Position numbers and translations under genes: made by a program | Part shown: piece after piece, positions 1 to 12,090 of the stretch | Position numbering within the stretch: the stretch's first letter is position 1 | Layout of the letters: every line of letters starts with the position of its first letter | Notes under the pieces: model-generated | What the model saw: only the letters and a program-made list of their open reading frames with translations | What the model was told of the DNA's origin: nothing | Database searches by the model: none | Source of the DNA: Takakia lepidozioides | Taxonomy: Eukaryota > Plantae > Bryophyta | Reading direction: 5' to 3' | Assembly (NCBI GenBank): GCA_030704615.1 | Contig: CM060732.1 | Coordinates: forward strand, 61,132,001 to 61,196,000 | DNA length: 64,000 bases

Positions 1-989
1 ATTCTATGTCTGTATGGGTATTGGTGGCATATGCCGTTTTGAGTGTTTGGTAGATGGAGGTAGTAGGGGTAGAACGGTACTGGGGGAGCAGGTCTTGATT
101 CGTATGCGGATAGTAGAGGCATGGGAGGTCACATTGTAGAGTGCAGGCGGTCGAGGGATGGCAGAAGAGGGTACGAAGATGATGTAGGTAGCGATTGGTT
201 TTGGTCGTGGCTACCATAAAATATTTTTGTATCCGACCATACCAAATTATTATAGTATACAGTTTCAGTGAATACTCTTTGCAGAGGTATCATCTAGAAG
301 TAGAAACTATGTTTGTGGGTCTACCAAAGGCATGTCACACTCTTATCAATCAATATTCTTACAGAGGTATCATCTTGAAAATGAATCAATGTTTGTTCCC
401 CTCTCCCGGAGGTATATCAAACTCATATCCATTAACACTCCAATAGAGGTACCATATCATACAATTTGCTCGATTATATATAACGTTTCATATCGTGCCC
501 CATCAGAAGTGATTTGACAACGTCAAGAAATAGGATGGTAGGCATAGGAGGTCTCGATTTTTTTTCTCACATTATATAGTTTTTATTTTTATGTATCAAG
601 AATAAATAGATCAGACAAAATAAAGGAAACAAAACGACAGAAGTTAAATAAAAATAAAACAGAATATTCAGTAAAACAATAAAATCCAGGATGACCGTTG
701 TGACAACGGTCTCCCGGGAAAGAGCCTACGGGAAAGAAATAATTTAAATATTATAAGCTGAAAAAGCAAATCAGGGCGACCGGGAGAGAGCGGCGGCTAA
801 TGCGGTTGCTAGGAAAAAAAGAGAGACAAAAACAAAAAAGATTTACATAGAATACTAAATCTGAGCGACCGCTGCCCGAGAAAGAGCGTCTGCTGTGCCG
901 CGGTCGCACGAGAAAACAAAATTTAAAAAATTTAAAAAATATTATTAAAAAGTAAATAGTAAAATTAAAACAAAAACAAAAACAAAAAC

Positions 990-1890
990 AAAACCTGGAG
1001 ACTGGCCCTTCACATGGGAGATTTGGAATGTCAAGTACTTTTGGTAGTTGAAAATTCGTGAAAAATAACAAAGTGGATATATCAATACATGAAGCCTGGA
1101 CAGACACGGAAATTGCAAAAATAGCAAAGTGGGCCTTGGTGGACTTGGACTTAGATGACATTGGAGTTTGCACTTGCGCCTCTACATGGGAGATTCACTT
1201 GGATACATAGGAGATTGCACTTGGGCTTAGAAGCTTCTATATGGGAGAAACACTTGGACACATAAGAGATTGCACTTGGGCTTAAATTTTAATTCTTCAC
1301 AAATGGGCTGACCGCAACATCATGCTAGAAGGCAGTAGTCCTTCGGGGTCAAGTGACACCATATGTTACGCTCCCTTTGGGAGGCGTCATACTTTTTTTT
1401 CGAGGCCCAAGTGCGACCTCTAGGTAACCTGTGAATGTGGACACCTTCATGACACACCAGACGGTGGTTTGAACCCACAACCACATCCAACGTGGTATGT
1501 GCCCATTACCACTTGGCTACATGCTGGTTGTTGGGGCCTTGAAATATGAGACGCATTGAGATACATAACAGATCTTGCACTTGAGCTAAGATGACACTGG
1601 ACACTTGGCAACAACACAAGCTATCGCATTTGGGCCTCGTCATAGGAGACGCACTTGGAAACATAGGGGATTGCACTTGGACTTAAAGTACACTGGGCAC
1701 TTGGGCCATGGGCACTTGGGCCATGGGCACATGCTACCCTAGTTCTTTGTAACTAAGCAAAGATCCAACTTCATTATAGTATATCAATTTCAATTCTTCA
1801 CACATGGGCCTCCACATAGGAGACGCACTTGGATACATAGGGGATTGCACTTACACTGGACAATTGGGCCAACTGCACGGGCTACCCTAG
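990..1890. repeat. Dispersed repeat / non-autonomous TE remnant with internal TTGCACTTGG(G/A)C subrepeats
   Basis: Many copies of (ggagat)tgcacttggg/ggacac. 1011-1080 matches the reverse complement of ~11880-11950, and 1402-1430 matches 11728-11756. Confidence 0.55.
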
Positions 1891-2851
1891 TATGTATATA
1901 TCGAATAGATGGCTGAGGGTAACCTTACAAATGGTCACCGCCCTGTATCTTGGAGGTTACAAGTCACAACTCAGCTATAAAACGGGCTTATTGGGTCAAC
2001 TGGAAGTTAGTTGTGTGCGGACGTGCGGACCTTGGACTTTCGAGTCGTCGGAGGAGGGTTGGGCAACTGTGTTGCACCGGTTGCAGCCATTGCAGACAGT
2101 GTTCACCTTCCAAACCAGGGGACACCGTAACTTACATTTGCTTCAGCAAGAGTCGTTCTAGTTGGGACTAGAAGAAGCAAGAAGCAAGAAGCAGGTTCTT
2201 GTGTGCACTGCTTATGTGGGTTGTTTGGAGATTTTGGATGAAGTCAGCTGAGAGCGGGTGAGCAGCCACAGTTTAAAGCAAGTCACAACCATGAACCATC
2301 TCAAGCAGCTTGCAAACTCCAGGCAAGAAACCTTGCGCGTCCTAATTTGATGCCCTGCAAGGAAGAAGGACCTACTGTACTGGCAACACTGACAGCATTA
2401 AAGAGAAGTATATACCGAACAAACCGAGAATCTAACTTCACTCAATCTGAGTGAAAGTGAACGCTTTGTACCAGGCAGCACCTTTAAAAGAACTCATGCC
2501 AGCGCTGTTCCGTGCTTCAGCGTCGACCTGATTGAGGGTTGGTTCAATCCGCTGAAAGGAAAGCTAATTCCCATGGTACAAGGTCGAGACAGTGTCGAAG
2601 CTCCTCCGAAACTGGAAACTGGAAGATGAAAGTGATTACGATTCGCAGGGAGCCTGATTAGAGGTGCTGCCTTGTCATGCACAAGCTTGTTTAGCATCTT
2701 TAAGTTTGGACGTCTTTGTATGTCACATCCGACAGAGCCCAGAGTGACTTGCATGATATTGTTGAAAGCCCCACTCTAGCCCTCCTCCATGAAGGAACCT
2801 GTCTAAGTGTTGATGCTCTTGGGTTTCTGGTACAAAGGGCAACCATGGTGC

Positions 2852-5644
2852 ATGGAACAGCATTGGCATAAGTTCTTTAAAGATCCTTCAAAAGGATGGG
2901 ACAAGGGCGACATCAATGTGCGGCTTTCTCCTCTCCATGAATATAATTACCCAAGTTTCTGCTGGTTTTTACAAGGTACTTGCGAGGATCGGCAGAGGTC
3001 CTTTGGATTGTGAAAGAAAACCTTCATGATACAACAATGTGGTAAGTGCAGCTTCTTCTATACACTTGAGCATTGATGCGGCTTTCTCCTCGCCATGAAT
3101 ATAATTACCCAAGTTTCTGCTGGTTTTTTACAAGGTACTTGCGAGGGTCGGCAGAGGTCCTTTGGATTGTGAAAGAAAACCTTTCATGATACAACAATGT
3201 GGTAAGTGCACCTTCTTCTATGAGCTTGTTTTGACCTTCAATCAGATTCATGCTGGGTTTTCAAGATCGCGATATGGTGCTTGAGAGTGTTTTTCCAAAT
3301 GTTACTGCTAATTTGTAAGAGGCAAATGATATGAAAACCAAAAACAGAGATGAGTAGAAGCTTTGGAAGGGAATTATTTTTTGCACCCCAATCGATGAAG
3401 AGGCAGAAAGGTGATGTCTGCACTTGCAGAAGAAGCAGACAACCAGAAAGCTTTCTTGCAAATGGTCATCCTCTCTTTGGATAAGTAGGGCTGGGTGTTT
3501 GCTAGATAGATTTTAGGTTGTCATTGTCAGCTGCTAGCAGCAAAGGGGACGAATGATGCATTATTGTTGCCCAGGCAGTGATGGCTGAAGGAGGCAGGGG
3601 TGGAGGGTGGACCCAGATCCATCCGAGAGGGCCAGATTTCAAGCACAAGAATACCACTAAGCTACTGTGGATTGATAGCTACAAGAAACCTGCATGGGTA
3701 GATGGTTAATAATAGAAAGCAGGCACCTCTACCATGACCACCGCTTTCCAAAAGAGGACCAAACAAGGGGTCCACAATGTCTGTTCTGGCGCTTCTGGGC
3801 ATGTGAGGGCACTACAAGAGGCAGGACAACTGAAAGAGGGTCTGCAAATTTTGAACCAATGAGGCATTTCTCCAGATTGAGATACCTATGTCTGTCTCTT
3901 ACAGAAGTTCATCAAGCTGAAAGGCCTGGCAATGGGGAAGCAGGTGCATGATCACATAATCCATGTGGATTCAAGCCAAATTTGTTTCCAAACAACACCC
4001 TTGTCAACATGTATGTCAAGCGTTCATGGATGCACAGGCAAGTCTGGCAGCACTGGGAGGTACACGCTGACATCATCAAAGCTGGAATTGTGCCAGATAT
4101 CATCGTGAACAATACTCTTGTGGACATACATGCAAACTCAGAGGCATCGAGGATGCAAAGGGCGTGTGCAACAAAATGGCTGATGCAGTGTCATTGAATG
4201 CAATGATCACAGGATATGCCCAGCATGGGTTTGGGGTGGAGGCTTTGGAGACCTAAGAGCAAATTCTGCGGGAAGGGGTGACGCCCAACCAGGTCAGCTC
4301 ATTTGCATTTGCATTGCGTGTGCAAGCCTGGCAGCCCTGGAAAGGGCAAAGAGGTCCATGCTGATGTGTCAAGGCTGGAATTGTACCAAATATTATCTTG
4401 GGCACTAACCTGGGAGCATCACGGATGTGATGAGAATATGTGACAATATTGCGAAACAAACTTGGTGTCATGAATGCAATGATTGCAGGGTATGCTCATC
4501 ATGTGTTTCTGGGACGGAGGCTTTGGAGGCTTATGAGCAAATGATGCTGGAAGGGGTGAAGCTGAACCAGGTTAAACTTGTATTCGTTTGCAAACCTTGC
4601 AGCCCTGGAAAAGGGCAAGAGGTCCATGTGGATGTACGAAAGCTCGAATTGTACAAGGTGTCATTCTGGGCACTGCCCTGGTGGACATGTATGCCAAATG
4701 CGGGAGCACTGAAGATAGAAAGGGAGCATTTGACAGTATGGCTGAACGAAATGTGGTATAATGGGTGCAATGATTGCAGGGGCCCAGAATGGTATGCAAT
4801 GGAGGCTTTGCAGACATACGAGCAAATGATGCAGGAAGAGGTGAAGCTGGACCAGGCCCTAAAACTATTTGAAGGAATGCAAAAGGAAGGCTTGAAGCCA
4901 CACAGTGTCACCTTTATGTGTTCTCCGTGCATGCAGCCATGCTGGCCTAGTGGATGAAGGGAGACACTACTTTGATTCACTGAGTCAAGATCATGGCATC
5001 ACACCCACAATGGAGGACTGTGCTCAATTGCATGGTGGACCTGTGGGGCAATTGGATGAGGCAGAGGGGACTCCACTAAGAAAATGCCAGTGAAACCCAG
5101 ATGCTGTGGTGTGGAAGACCTTTCTTGGTGCCTGCAGAATTCATGGCATTTTGGAGATGGCAGAGGTTGTGGCAACATCTATCATCGAATGGGATCAGCA
5201 ATATGCCACAACTTAAATGTTGCTATCGAACATTTATACTGCAGCTGGCAGGTTGGATGCTTCTGCAAAGGTGAGAAGAAAGATGAATGTCCAAGGGGTC
5301 AGAAGGGAGCCTGTTTGTTGCTTGATGGCAACAGGTTGCACACCTTCATTGTAGATGGCAAATTGCATCCAAAATTGAGGAAATCCATGATGAGCTGAGA
5401 GAATTGTCTGGGCAAGATGGAGGAGGCAGGGTATGTGTGTGACCTGCTGTGCATTGTATGATGTGGAGAAGCACAAGGAATTCTCTTAGCCACCAATCTG
5501 GCAATTGCTTTTGGACCGAGCACGGCCCTTGATCTTCACATGTGTGGTTGCACACCATCATCCCAAGTCCATCTCAAAGATTGTTGGCCAAGCAATTTTA
5601 TTGCGGAATACGAAAGAACGAGAACTGGTGATGAGTACTGGTGA
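2852..5644 (+). pseudogene. PLS-class PPR-E-DYW RNA-editing factor pseudogene with N-terminal OSB-type PDF motif
   Basis: Exon WHKFFKDPSKGWDKGDIN, then GT intron 2918-3616 AG, then IHPRGPDFKHKNTTKLLWIDSYKKPAWVD. PLS motifs follow (NTLVNMYVK, EALEAYEQMMLEGVK, ACSHAGLVDEGRHYFDSL), then E (MPVKP, LLSNIY), PG-box-like HTFIVDGKLHP, AGYV, LAIAFG, KSISKIVG and terminal GAT GAG TAC TGG TGA (DEYW*) at 5630-5644. Many frameshifts and stops. True start probably further upstream. Confidence 0.85.
2919..3222. repeat. ~150-bp tandem duplication inside the PDF-motif intron
   Basis: tgcggctttctcct...atgaatataattacccaag...ggtaagtgca occurs at ~2919-3066 and ~3077-3222. Confidence 0.85.
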
Positions 5645-6811
5645 AATGATGCTTTCTTGGAAGGTGGGAATGTCCTTCTCTCTCAAGCAATAGTTTTATT
5701 TTTGGCTCTGGTTTTGTTTCCTCTCATGTTTTCTTCCATTTTGTCCCATAAGCTCTATGAGCTTTCCGAAGACGCTATAAAGTACCATTTCATTTCTCTT
5801 CGTTGAACTGTACAGCTGCTTCATCCACCATTCCCAGAGAATGTTGCCTATGACATACTGTTGAAGGCATGTCCACTGTGGCATATCAACCCTCCAATAA
5901 CTCTCCAATAGCCAATCGTGCAATGGATGTACACACCATGAATGGAAACTCTGCCAAAAATTGCACTGTACTCGTGCATAAGTGACTGCAATTTGGCTAT
6001 AGGCATTAACTGTACAGTGTACATCATACTCCAATTTTGGCCACAAATGTGATCTGGCGGTGATTGGAAGAAGACCAAGACACAGAAAGAGGATGTATTC
6101 TTACATTCCCCACATCAAAAGCGTGCTTGGCAAGTGTGTCATTTGCATGTTCTACAAGCGAGAAAGACAGGTACCTGAGGTGTGGTTGCAGTTGCTGTCC
6201 ATTTGGCACTTCATGCACATTCTATCTATCCATGCAAAATAACAATCATAGACATGTCTACTGCAGCTTGCTTTTGCTCTTTCGTTTTGGTGTGATATGC
6301 TGCCTCATGCTGATTTGGTCCCGCATGTTCATTACAGCACTCTCGATGGCGATGACACTCACATTTGGAGTTGACCAGGCCTATTGCTATGCTGCAGATA
6401 GGATATGCACGTTCACTGAAAAGGATAGACCATTTTGTTTAACCGAAAGGGAACACCCGGGAGCAATAGCTCACAAATCAAGTCCCTTCATTAGAGTGAG
6501 AGTGAGAAAATAATTTCTTTCACAGAAACCTCGTCATGAGCACAAGACTCATGCGACCCTGCATGATTATACAGGGGAGATGATTATACCGCAACCAGAG
6601 TCGGATTTGTACCCAGAATCACCTGGGTGACACTCTTTCACAATCCAATTGAGCCTACTGACTGATAGAACTTCTTCTACCATACAACACAAAATGCCCT
6701 TAACAGGTTTTGAAACAAAGCTCTCGATTGATGGACATCTTTCATCTTCAAGTGTGTTGTTGCAAATTGCTTTGAGAGCTCGAGTTCACCTCCTTTGCAA
6801 TGACACGGCCC

Positions 6812-8059
6812 CTAGCGGAGAGTCAGCAAACTGGGTTGAAATGAGAAAAAAATTGAACTACACACGCGTGAGGTCGGACCTGCGGGCAACCATTTCCAGG
6901 TTCCTCGATCCACATCGTGGACCACAACCAGCAATTTGCCCCTACCGCCCCCACCGTCGAGAGTCTCTCCTGCAACGCATATTCGTCTACCAGAAGACAT
7001 ACAACCTTTCACAGCTGCAAATTGCCGTGCAAATCCTTTGAAGACTTTTGAAGGCATCTGCAAGAATAAGACCCACTCCTTGCTTCTGAAGTTTAGCTCG
7101 AAAAAGGCACAGCTTTTTGCAACACCAGCACCGTGGGAACACACCATCATCAACAAGCGGCCCTGATACTCAAAAATATACGGAATCCCATTCAAGCCCG
7201 CGGGGAAGCTGTTAGGGACCTCGCTCCATGCATCTTGTTGTATGTCGTATGCGATCAAAACATTTTTGTTGTCATCCCTGGGGAGCCCCGCAACATTCAT
7301 ATCCGGCCTCCAAACCAATACATAGAGAACTCCGCAGCAGACAGCACCCGCTGGGTGGACAATTGATCCATACGGTAGAAATTTTCCGCCTTCTTTCCAT
7401 GAACCCAAGGCTGAATCATAGATCTCCGTGGTCAGGAATCCCTCACTCTCTATCCCGTGTTCACGATTTCCGGCTGTGATAATCTTGTACGTCTTCTTTG
7501 TTTCATCGATGAGCACCCGTAGAACAGCCGATCCGTGCCATCGATTGACCATAGGAGGAAGATCCTTCCACTCTTTAGTGAGTGGGTTGCCGATGGTAAG
7601 ACGATGACTCCACGCAGCATCTGTTGACTTCCTCGTGCACAACAAGAGGCCTCCTGCCCCTCCAATATGCTCTTCAAGAGTATGTTGATCGTTATCAACA
7701 GATGTCGTAGAATCTGTAGCGAGAGATGGCATTCTCTGCCACTTATTGGCCACCTGATCGTACGTGAACCACTGCATACCATATCGTCCCAATTTCAGGG
7801 GATAGTACTTCACAGAAGGATTAGGATAGGCATTCATCTCCGCAAAGGTTTCTCGAAAAGCAGGAGATTCGAACAGAGAACGCCAGCCTTTACACACACA
7901 GCGAAATCGACCTAAGCAGAAGAGCGGCAATAAAGCAAGCACCCTCCACAACAGTTCTTGAGGCAAACTCTCCCAAAGGGAGGCGTGCATTGGCAGCGAC
8001 GGACTTGTCAGCGACAGACTGCTCTCTATCCTACACGCTCCCGAACCACCCTTCTTCAT
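6812..8059 (-). CDS. F-box/kelch-repeat-like protein (intronless, 415 aa)
   Basis: F-box LWESLPQELLWRVLALLPLFCLGRFRCVCKGWRSL; beta-propeller motifs GAGGLLL, NPLTKEWKDLPPM, TEIYDSALGSW, AYDIQQDAWSEV; uninterrupted ORF. Confidence 0.9.
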   Translation of the reverse strand: MKKGGSGACRIESSLSLTSPSLPMHASLWESLPQELLWRVLALLPLFCLGRFRCVCKGWRSLFESPAFRETFAEMNAYPNPSVKYYPLKLGRYGMQWFTYDQVANKWQRMPSLATDSTTSVDNDQHTLEEHIGGAGGLLLCTRKSTDAAWSHRLTIGNPLTKEWKDLPPMVNRWHGSAVLRVLIDETKKTYKIITAGNREHGIESEGFLTTEIYDSALGSWKEGGKFLPYGSIVHPAGAVCCGVLYVLVWRPDMNVAGLPRDDNKNVLIAYDIQQDAWSEVPNSFPAGLNGIPYIFEYQGRLLMMVCSHGAGVAKSCAFFELNFRSKEWVLFLQMPSKVFKGFARQFAAVKGCMSSGRRICVAGETLDGGGGRGKLLVVVHDVDRGTWKWLPAGPTSRVCSSIFFSFQPSLLTLR

Positions 8060-9125
8060 TATCCGAACCCACCTCTCTCTCTCTCTCTCTCCAGCCTCTC
8101 TCCGTCAACCCTGAAATCTCCTACACTTCGTGATTAGATGCAGAATATGTTCTTCGTCCCGCAACCTTTATCTCTCCTCACTTCCCTCTCAAGCCCAACC
8201 TAGATCTACAGTCTCCCTGAGCTCAAAGCTCTTAAAATCAGCGAGACGTTGGAGGGTTGATTCGTTGGGTACAGAAGCATTCCATGAACGACGGCTGTGG
8301 TTTGTCACCTTTTGCAGCAATAGCAACTCCGTGCAACGTACTGTGTATAAAACGTCAGCGGCGTCGCACTGTGCACACCAATCTCATCATTGCCTTCTCA
8401 TCTTTCGAGTGCCCCCTCGAAACGCCTCCTCGCTACTCATTACTCCGCCGCCGTCGTCACCACCCCTGCGGACCTGTCTTGTGACAGGTGCAAAAATCAG
8501 CGTAGGCTGCGGTCAACCTCACATATTACTCCGAACACCAAACACCAAACTTCATTGCTCCGATACTTACATTCATACAACACGGCGGTGCTCACTGCTC
8601 ATACTCGGAGTCTCTAAGCTTTTCCTTGTCTCTCTCGTCCCCCCCTCCCCATCCCATCACGCATTACATTACCTACATTAGATTCGATTAGATTCCGCCA
8701 TCATAAATCATAATACTGTGTCGGGATCACTTCCCGTACTGCACGGACCCTGCTCTCGTGCGGATATCTAATTGTTGAGTTGTAGCAGTTTATTATTAGC
8801 AGTAGTTTATTAGTGGGTCCTTGATTACAAATACAACTTCTTTCATAGTGCCATGAGCATGTGCATGCAGTAGGGGGATCAGATGCAACATACCACCCAA
8901 TTAGGTGGCAAGATGTGAACCCAGAATGGCCTGGGTGGCATTCAGAAATCTCCCTCTTCTCCTGCAACCATTTCTCGGAGGACTGATGTGAAAACCACAG
9001 AGAACGAGAACTGGAATTCAGCCATGAGCAGGACTTTGGCAAGATGTGGCTAAACAGGGTCATTGAGTTGGTGAGTGCAGGGATTTTTGTCTGAACAGAG
9101 AGATGAAGTTTGTTTAACGTCGAGT

Positions 9126-9126
<1 letters not shown>

Positions 9127-9176
<50 letters not shown>
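9127..9176. repeat. (AG)25 microsatellite
   Basis: Perfect dinucleotide run. Confidence 0.95.
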
Positions 9177-9182
<6 letters not shown>

Positions 9183-9783
9183 AGGGGGAGCGGTTGAGGT
9201 GGGGTGGGGAGAATGAGATGGGAACACAAAAGAAAACCAGGCCGTCAAAGACAGTAGGTATGTCACTGCAGTGGTTACAAGTTACAACACATTTGATGTG
9301 CAAGAAGAGCGTTCAAGTATTCGGAAAGTGAAGAGAGAATGAAGACGAGAGCGAGTTCTTTGCGGACTGTATTTACAATCTACTGCACAACACTGCTATG
9401 TCTTTGCTGCAGAGGTTTGAAAGCATAGACTACATCGTTCTTTCCTGGGTTTCTCCGTATCCCCTATAGTAAATACTAACCTTTGAAAATGCGTACAAAT
9501 CCATGCCGTAAGTGCTTGCAGACTTCAGATGATGCATCGTGGGTCTCAAATCTCTCCGATATTCCACATTCCTTTTGGAGCTTTTGGATATCCATTCCAT
9601 CATAGACCGTGTTACAGACTGCAGATGAAGACCGCAGGTCTCATGCTCCAACTGCACTCCGTGTAGGCTTTCTCTTGAGCCATGGCGTCGATCGATGAGC
9701 TAAGAAGAAATAGGCGGTATTGGGCAAGATGTCTACTTCTGGTGGAAAATCCAGCTTCTTGGTTGGGTGCACATGGTGTTAAG

Positions 9784-10959
9784 CTAATTAATCGGCCGCA
9801 AACTGGGTTGAAATGAAAAGGAAACGCATGTCTCATCAGAAGAGGCAGTCACAGGACAGGGGGGCAGCCATACCCAGGTTCCTCGATCCATTTCGTAGAC
9901 GGCAACCAAGACCTTGGCATCGTCAGAGTCTCCTGTCACGAACAGTCGGCTATCAGACGCCATACAACCTCTCACACATGAAAATCTCGAATACATTTCT
10001 GCAGGCATTTGTAAGAAGTGAGCCCACTCATTGGTTAGGAAAACTAGCTCAAAGAAGCAACAGCTTTCCAAGCCATCACCGCCAACATGGGTATTCAGCA
10101 TCATGAACAAGCGCCCTTTACACTCAAAAAGCTGCGGAAAACCATTGAAGTTCTCAGGGAGGATGTGTGGAACCTCGCTCCATACGTCTACTTGTACATT
10201 GTAACAAATTAATAGGACATTCTCTTCGGTCTTCTCCCGCGTAGCCAAAAAGTAAAGAACTCCTTTGCACAGAGCACCCTGTTGATGTGACACGGATTTA
10301 CACGGTAAAAATTGTCCACCTTCTTTCCATGAACCCGACTCTGCATCATAGATGTCTGTGGTCTGGTATCTCTCGTCATCAATCGCATATCCTTCGTTGC
10401 CAGCCAAAATAATCTTGTATGCATTGGTCTTCTCGTCTATGAACATCTGTCTCACAGCTGAGTTAGACCAACGGTTGATTAAAGGAGGCATATCCATCCC
10501 TGTTTCAGTCAGTGGGTTCCAAACAGAGAGATATTTTGTGAAGTGAGACTCTTCCCACTTCCTCATGCAGAAGAGCCCTCCTGCGCCTGCAGAAATATGG
10601 TTCCTCTCATATACGGATGTAAGCAGATGGAGAGGCAGAGGTGGCATTCTCTGCCAATTGTTGACACCAAGGTCGTATACTAACCACTGAAGACCTTTCC
10701 CCTTACGACTTGGCATGAAGCAAACAGCAGGATAAGGGCCTATGCTAGAAGAAGCTTCGATCTCTGCAGAGATTTTCCGAAAGTAAGAGGAATGGATGAG
10801 AGAGTTCCAATACTTGCCAATACATCGGAATCGAATCAAACTGAAGAGTGGCAAGGAAGCAAGAACTCTAATCAACAGGTCATGAGGCAGTTCGTTCCAA
10901 ATGGAGGGATCCATAATTGGCTGCAGGTGATTCCCTGTCCCCAAACCTTCTCTTTCCAT
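9784..10959 (-). CDS. F-box/kelch-repeat-like protein, tandem paralog (first ATG at 10959)
   Basis: F-box IWNELPHDLLIRVLASLPLFSLIRFRCIGKYWNSL; AGGLFC, WNPLTET, YDAESGSWKEGG; ends FSFQPSL like its neighbour; uninterrupted ORF. Confidence 0.9.
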   Translation of the reverse strand: MEREGLGTGNHLQPIMDPSIWNELPHDLLIRVLASLPLFSLIRFRCIGKYWNSLIHSSYFRKISAEIEASSSIGPYPAVCFMPSRKGKGLQWLVYDLGVNNWQRMPPLPLHLLTSVYERNHISAGAGGLFCMRKWEESHFTKYLSVWNPLTETGMDMPPLINRWSNSAVRQMFIDEKTNAYKIILAGNEGYAIDDERYQTTDIYDAESGSWKEGGQFLPCKSVSHQQGALCKGVLYFLATREKTEENVLLICYNVQVDVWSEVPHILPENFNGFPQLFECKGRLFMMLNTHVGGDGLESCCFFELVFLTNEWAHFLQMPAEMYSRFSCVRGCMASDSRLFVTGDSDDAKVLVAVYEMDRGTWVWLPPCPVTASSDETCVSFSFQPSLRPIN

Positions 10960-11579
10960 TCTAATAACTGCCAAAGAAGGAGATAAATGAGCAGACGAGA
11001 CTTCTGCAGATATTTGTGGAAAGAACCCAAAACAAAATGCACAGCCCTGGAATCCAACTAACACGGAAGTTGGCTATGGAGGACGATGCCAGTAAGACAA
11101 TCCAGTACCCATCCTTGATGCCAATTTCTGATCTACTGTCCCAACCTGAAACCCTTGACTTCAAAACTGTCTTCTGTTTGGCTTCAAATACAATCTGAGC
11201 TCTAGGTACTGATTGCAGATTGAAGACCGACAAGCTCTACTCCAGTGCAGTTGCCACCTGCTGCAAAATTCGAAGCTGGGTCCCGCGACTGACCCAAATG
11301 AGATTTTCACGATAAATGGCAACAAGCGTGTATCACCGATTCGGGAAATCTGGCCGACTCTCAAAAGTTGCCACCAAGCTGGTTTGCACTTCGTACAGTC
11401 AGCGCGGAGGCCGCTATTGTAGCACCCGATATGCAGGTGGAGTGCGGTCAATGGCGAACAGCAAGTGACTCGTCACAGCTAAGCCGTAAATTTCTCTCTC
11501 CCATACCGCAACCACCGCGTAGATGTCGTCCTCAAGCAAAGTATCCATCCGCATATCTTCCACTTCACTCGAGTCATGG

Positions 11580-12090
11580 CTGTTTGCAGTCGACCCTGGA
11601 TAAATGTTACCTGTTTTTTTTGTTATATCATCATAAACTAGGGAACCTGTGCTGTTGGCCCAAGTGTCAAATGTCATCTAAGCCCAACCGCAATCTCCTA
11701 TGTATGCAAGTGCGTCTCCTGTGTCAAGGCCCAAGTGCAACCTCTAGGGTAGCCTCTACCGTTGGCCCAAGGGTCCAATGTCATCTAAAGTCCAAATCCA
11801 TTTTTTTTCCACCGAGCCTACTTTGAACCGCAAACCTTTCCCTTGATATCTCTCCTCTTGAGGCTCCAACCATTGTCCCAGGAATTCCCACTTTGTTATT
11901 TTTCGGAAATTTTCAGTGACCCAAAGTATTTGAAATTCCACATCTCCCACACCGCAGGTCCAAAAATCACGAGACCAAGCCCGTGCACCCCTCCTCGTCG
12001 AGGGCACCAAGGCTGGGGCCTCGCGGTTGGGGACATCTCAAATCTACAAAACAAAACAAACAAAACAAACGTCTAGCTTCATATAGTGAT
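11580..12090. repeat. Second copy (largely inverted) of the 990-1890 repeat family
   Basis: ccactttgttatttttcggaaattttcag...ttccacatctccca is the reverse complement of 1011-1080; gcccaagtg subrepeats. Confidence 0.55.

Noticed and set aside
693-711. Palindrome GACCGTTGTGACAACGGTC as a Helitron 3' hairpin
   Set aside because: No CTRR-T terminus at typical spacing and no matching 5' TC end could be established.
8701-9331. 200-aa and 73-aa ORFs with SLSLSL/ERERER runs
   Set aside because: Produced by the (AG)n microsatellite in the intergenic region between the F-box genes.
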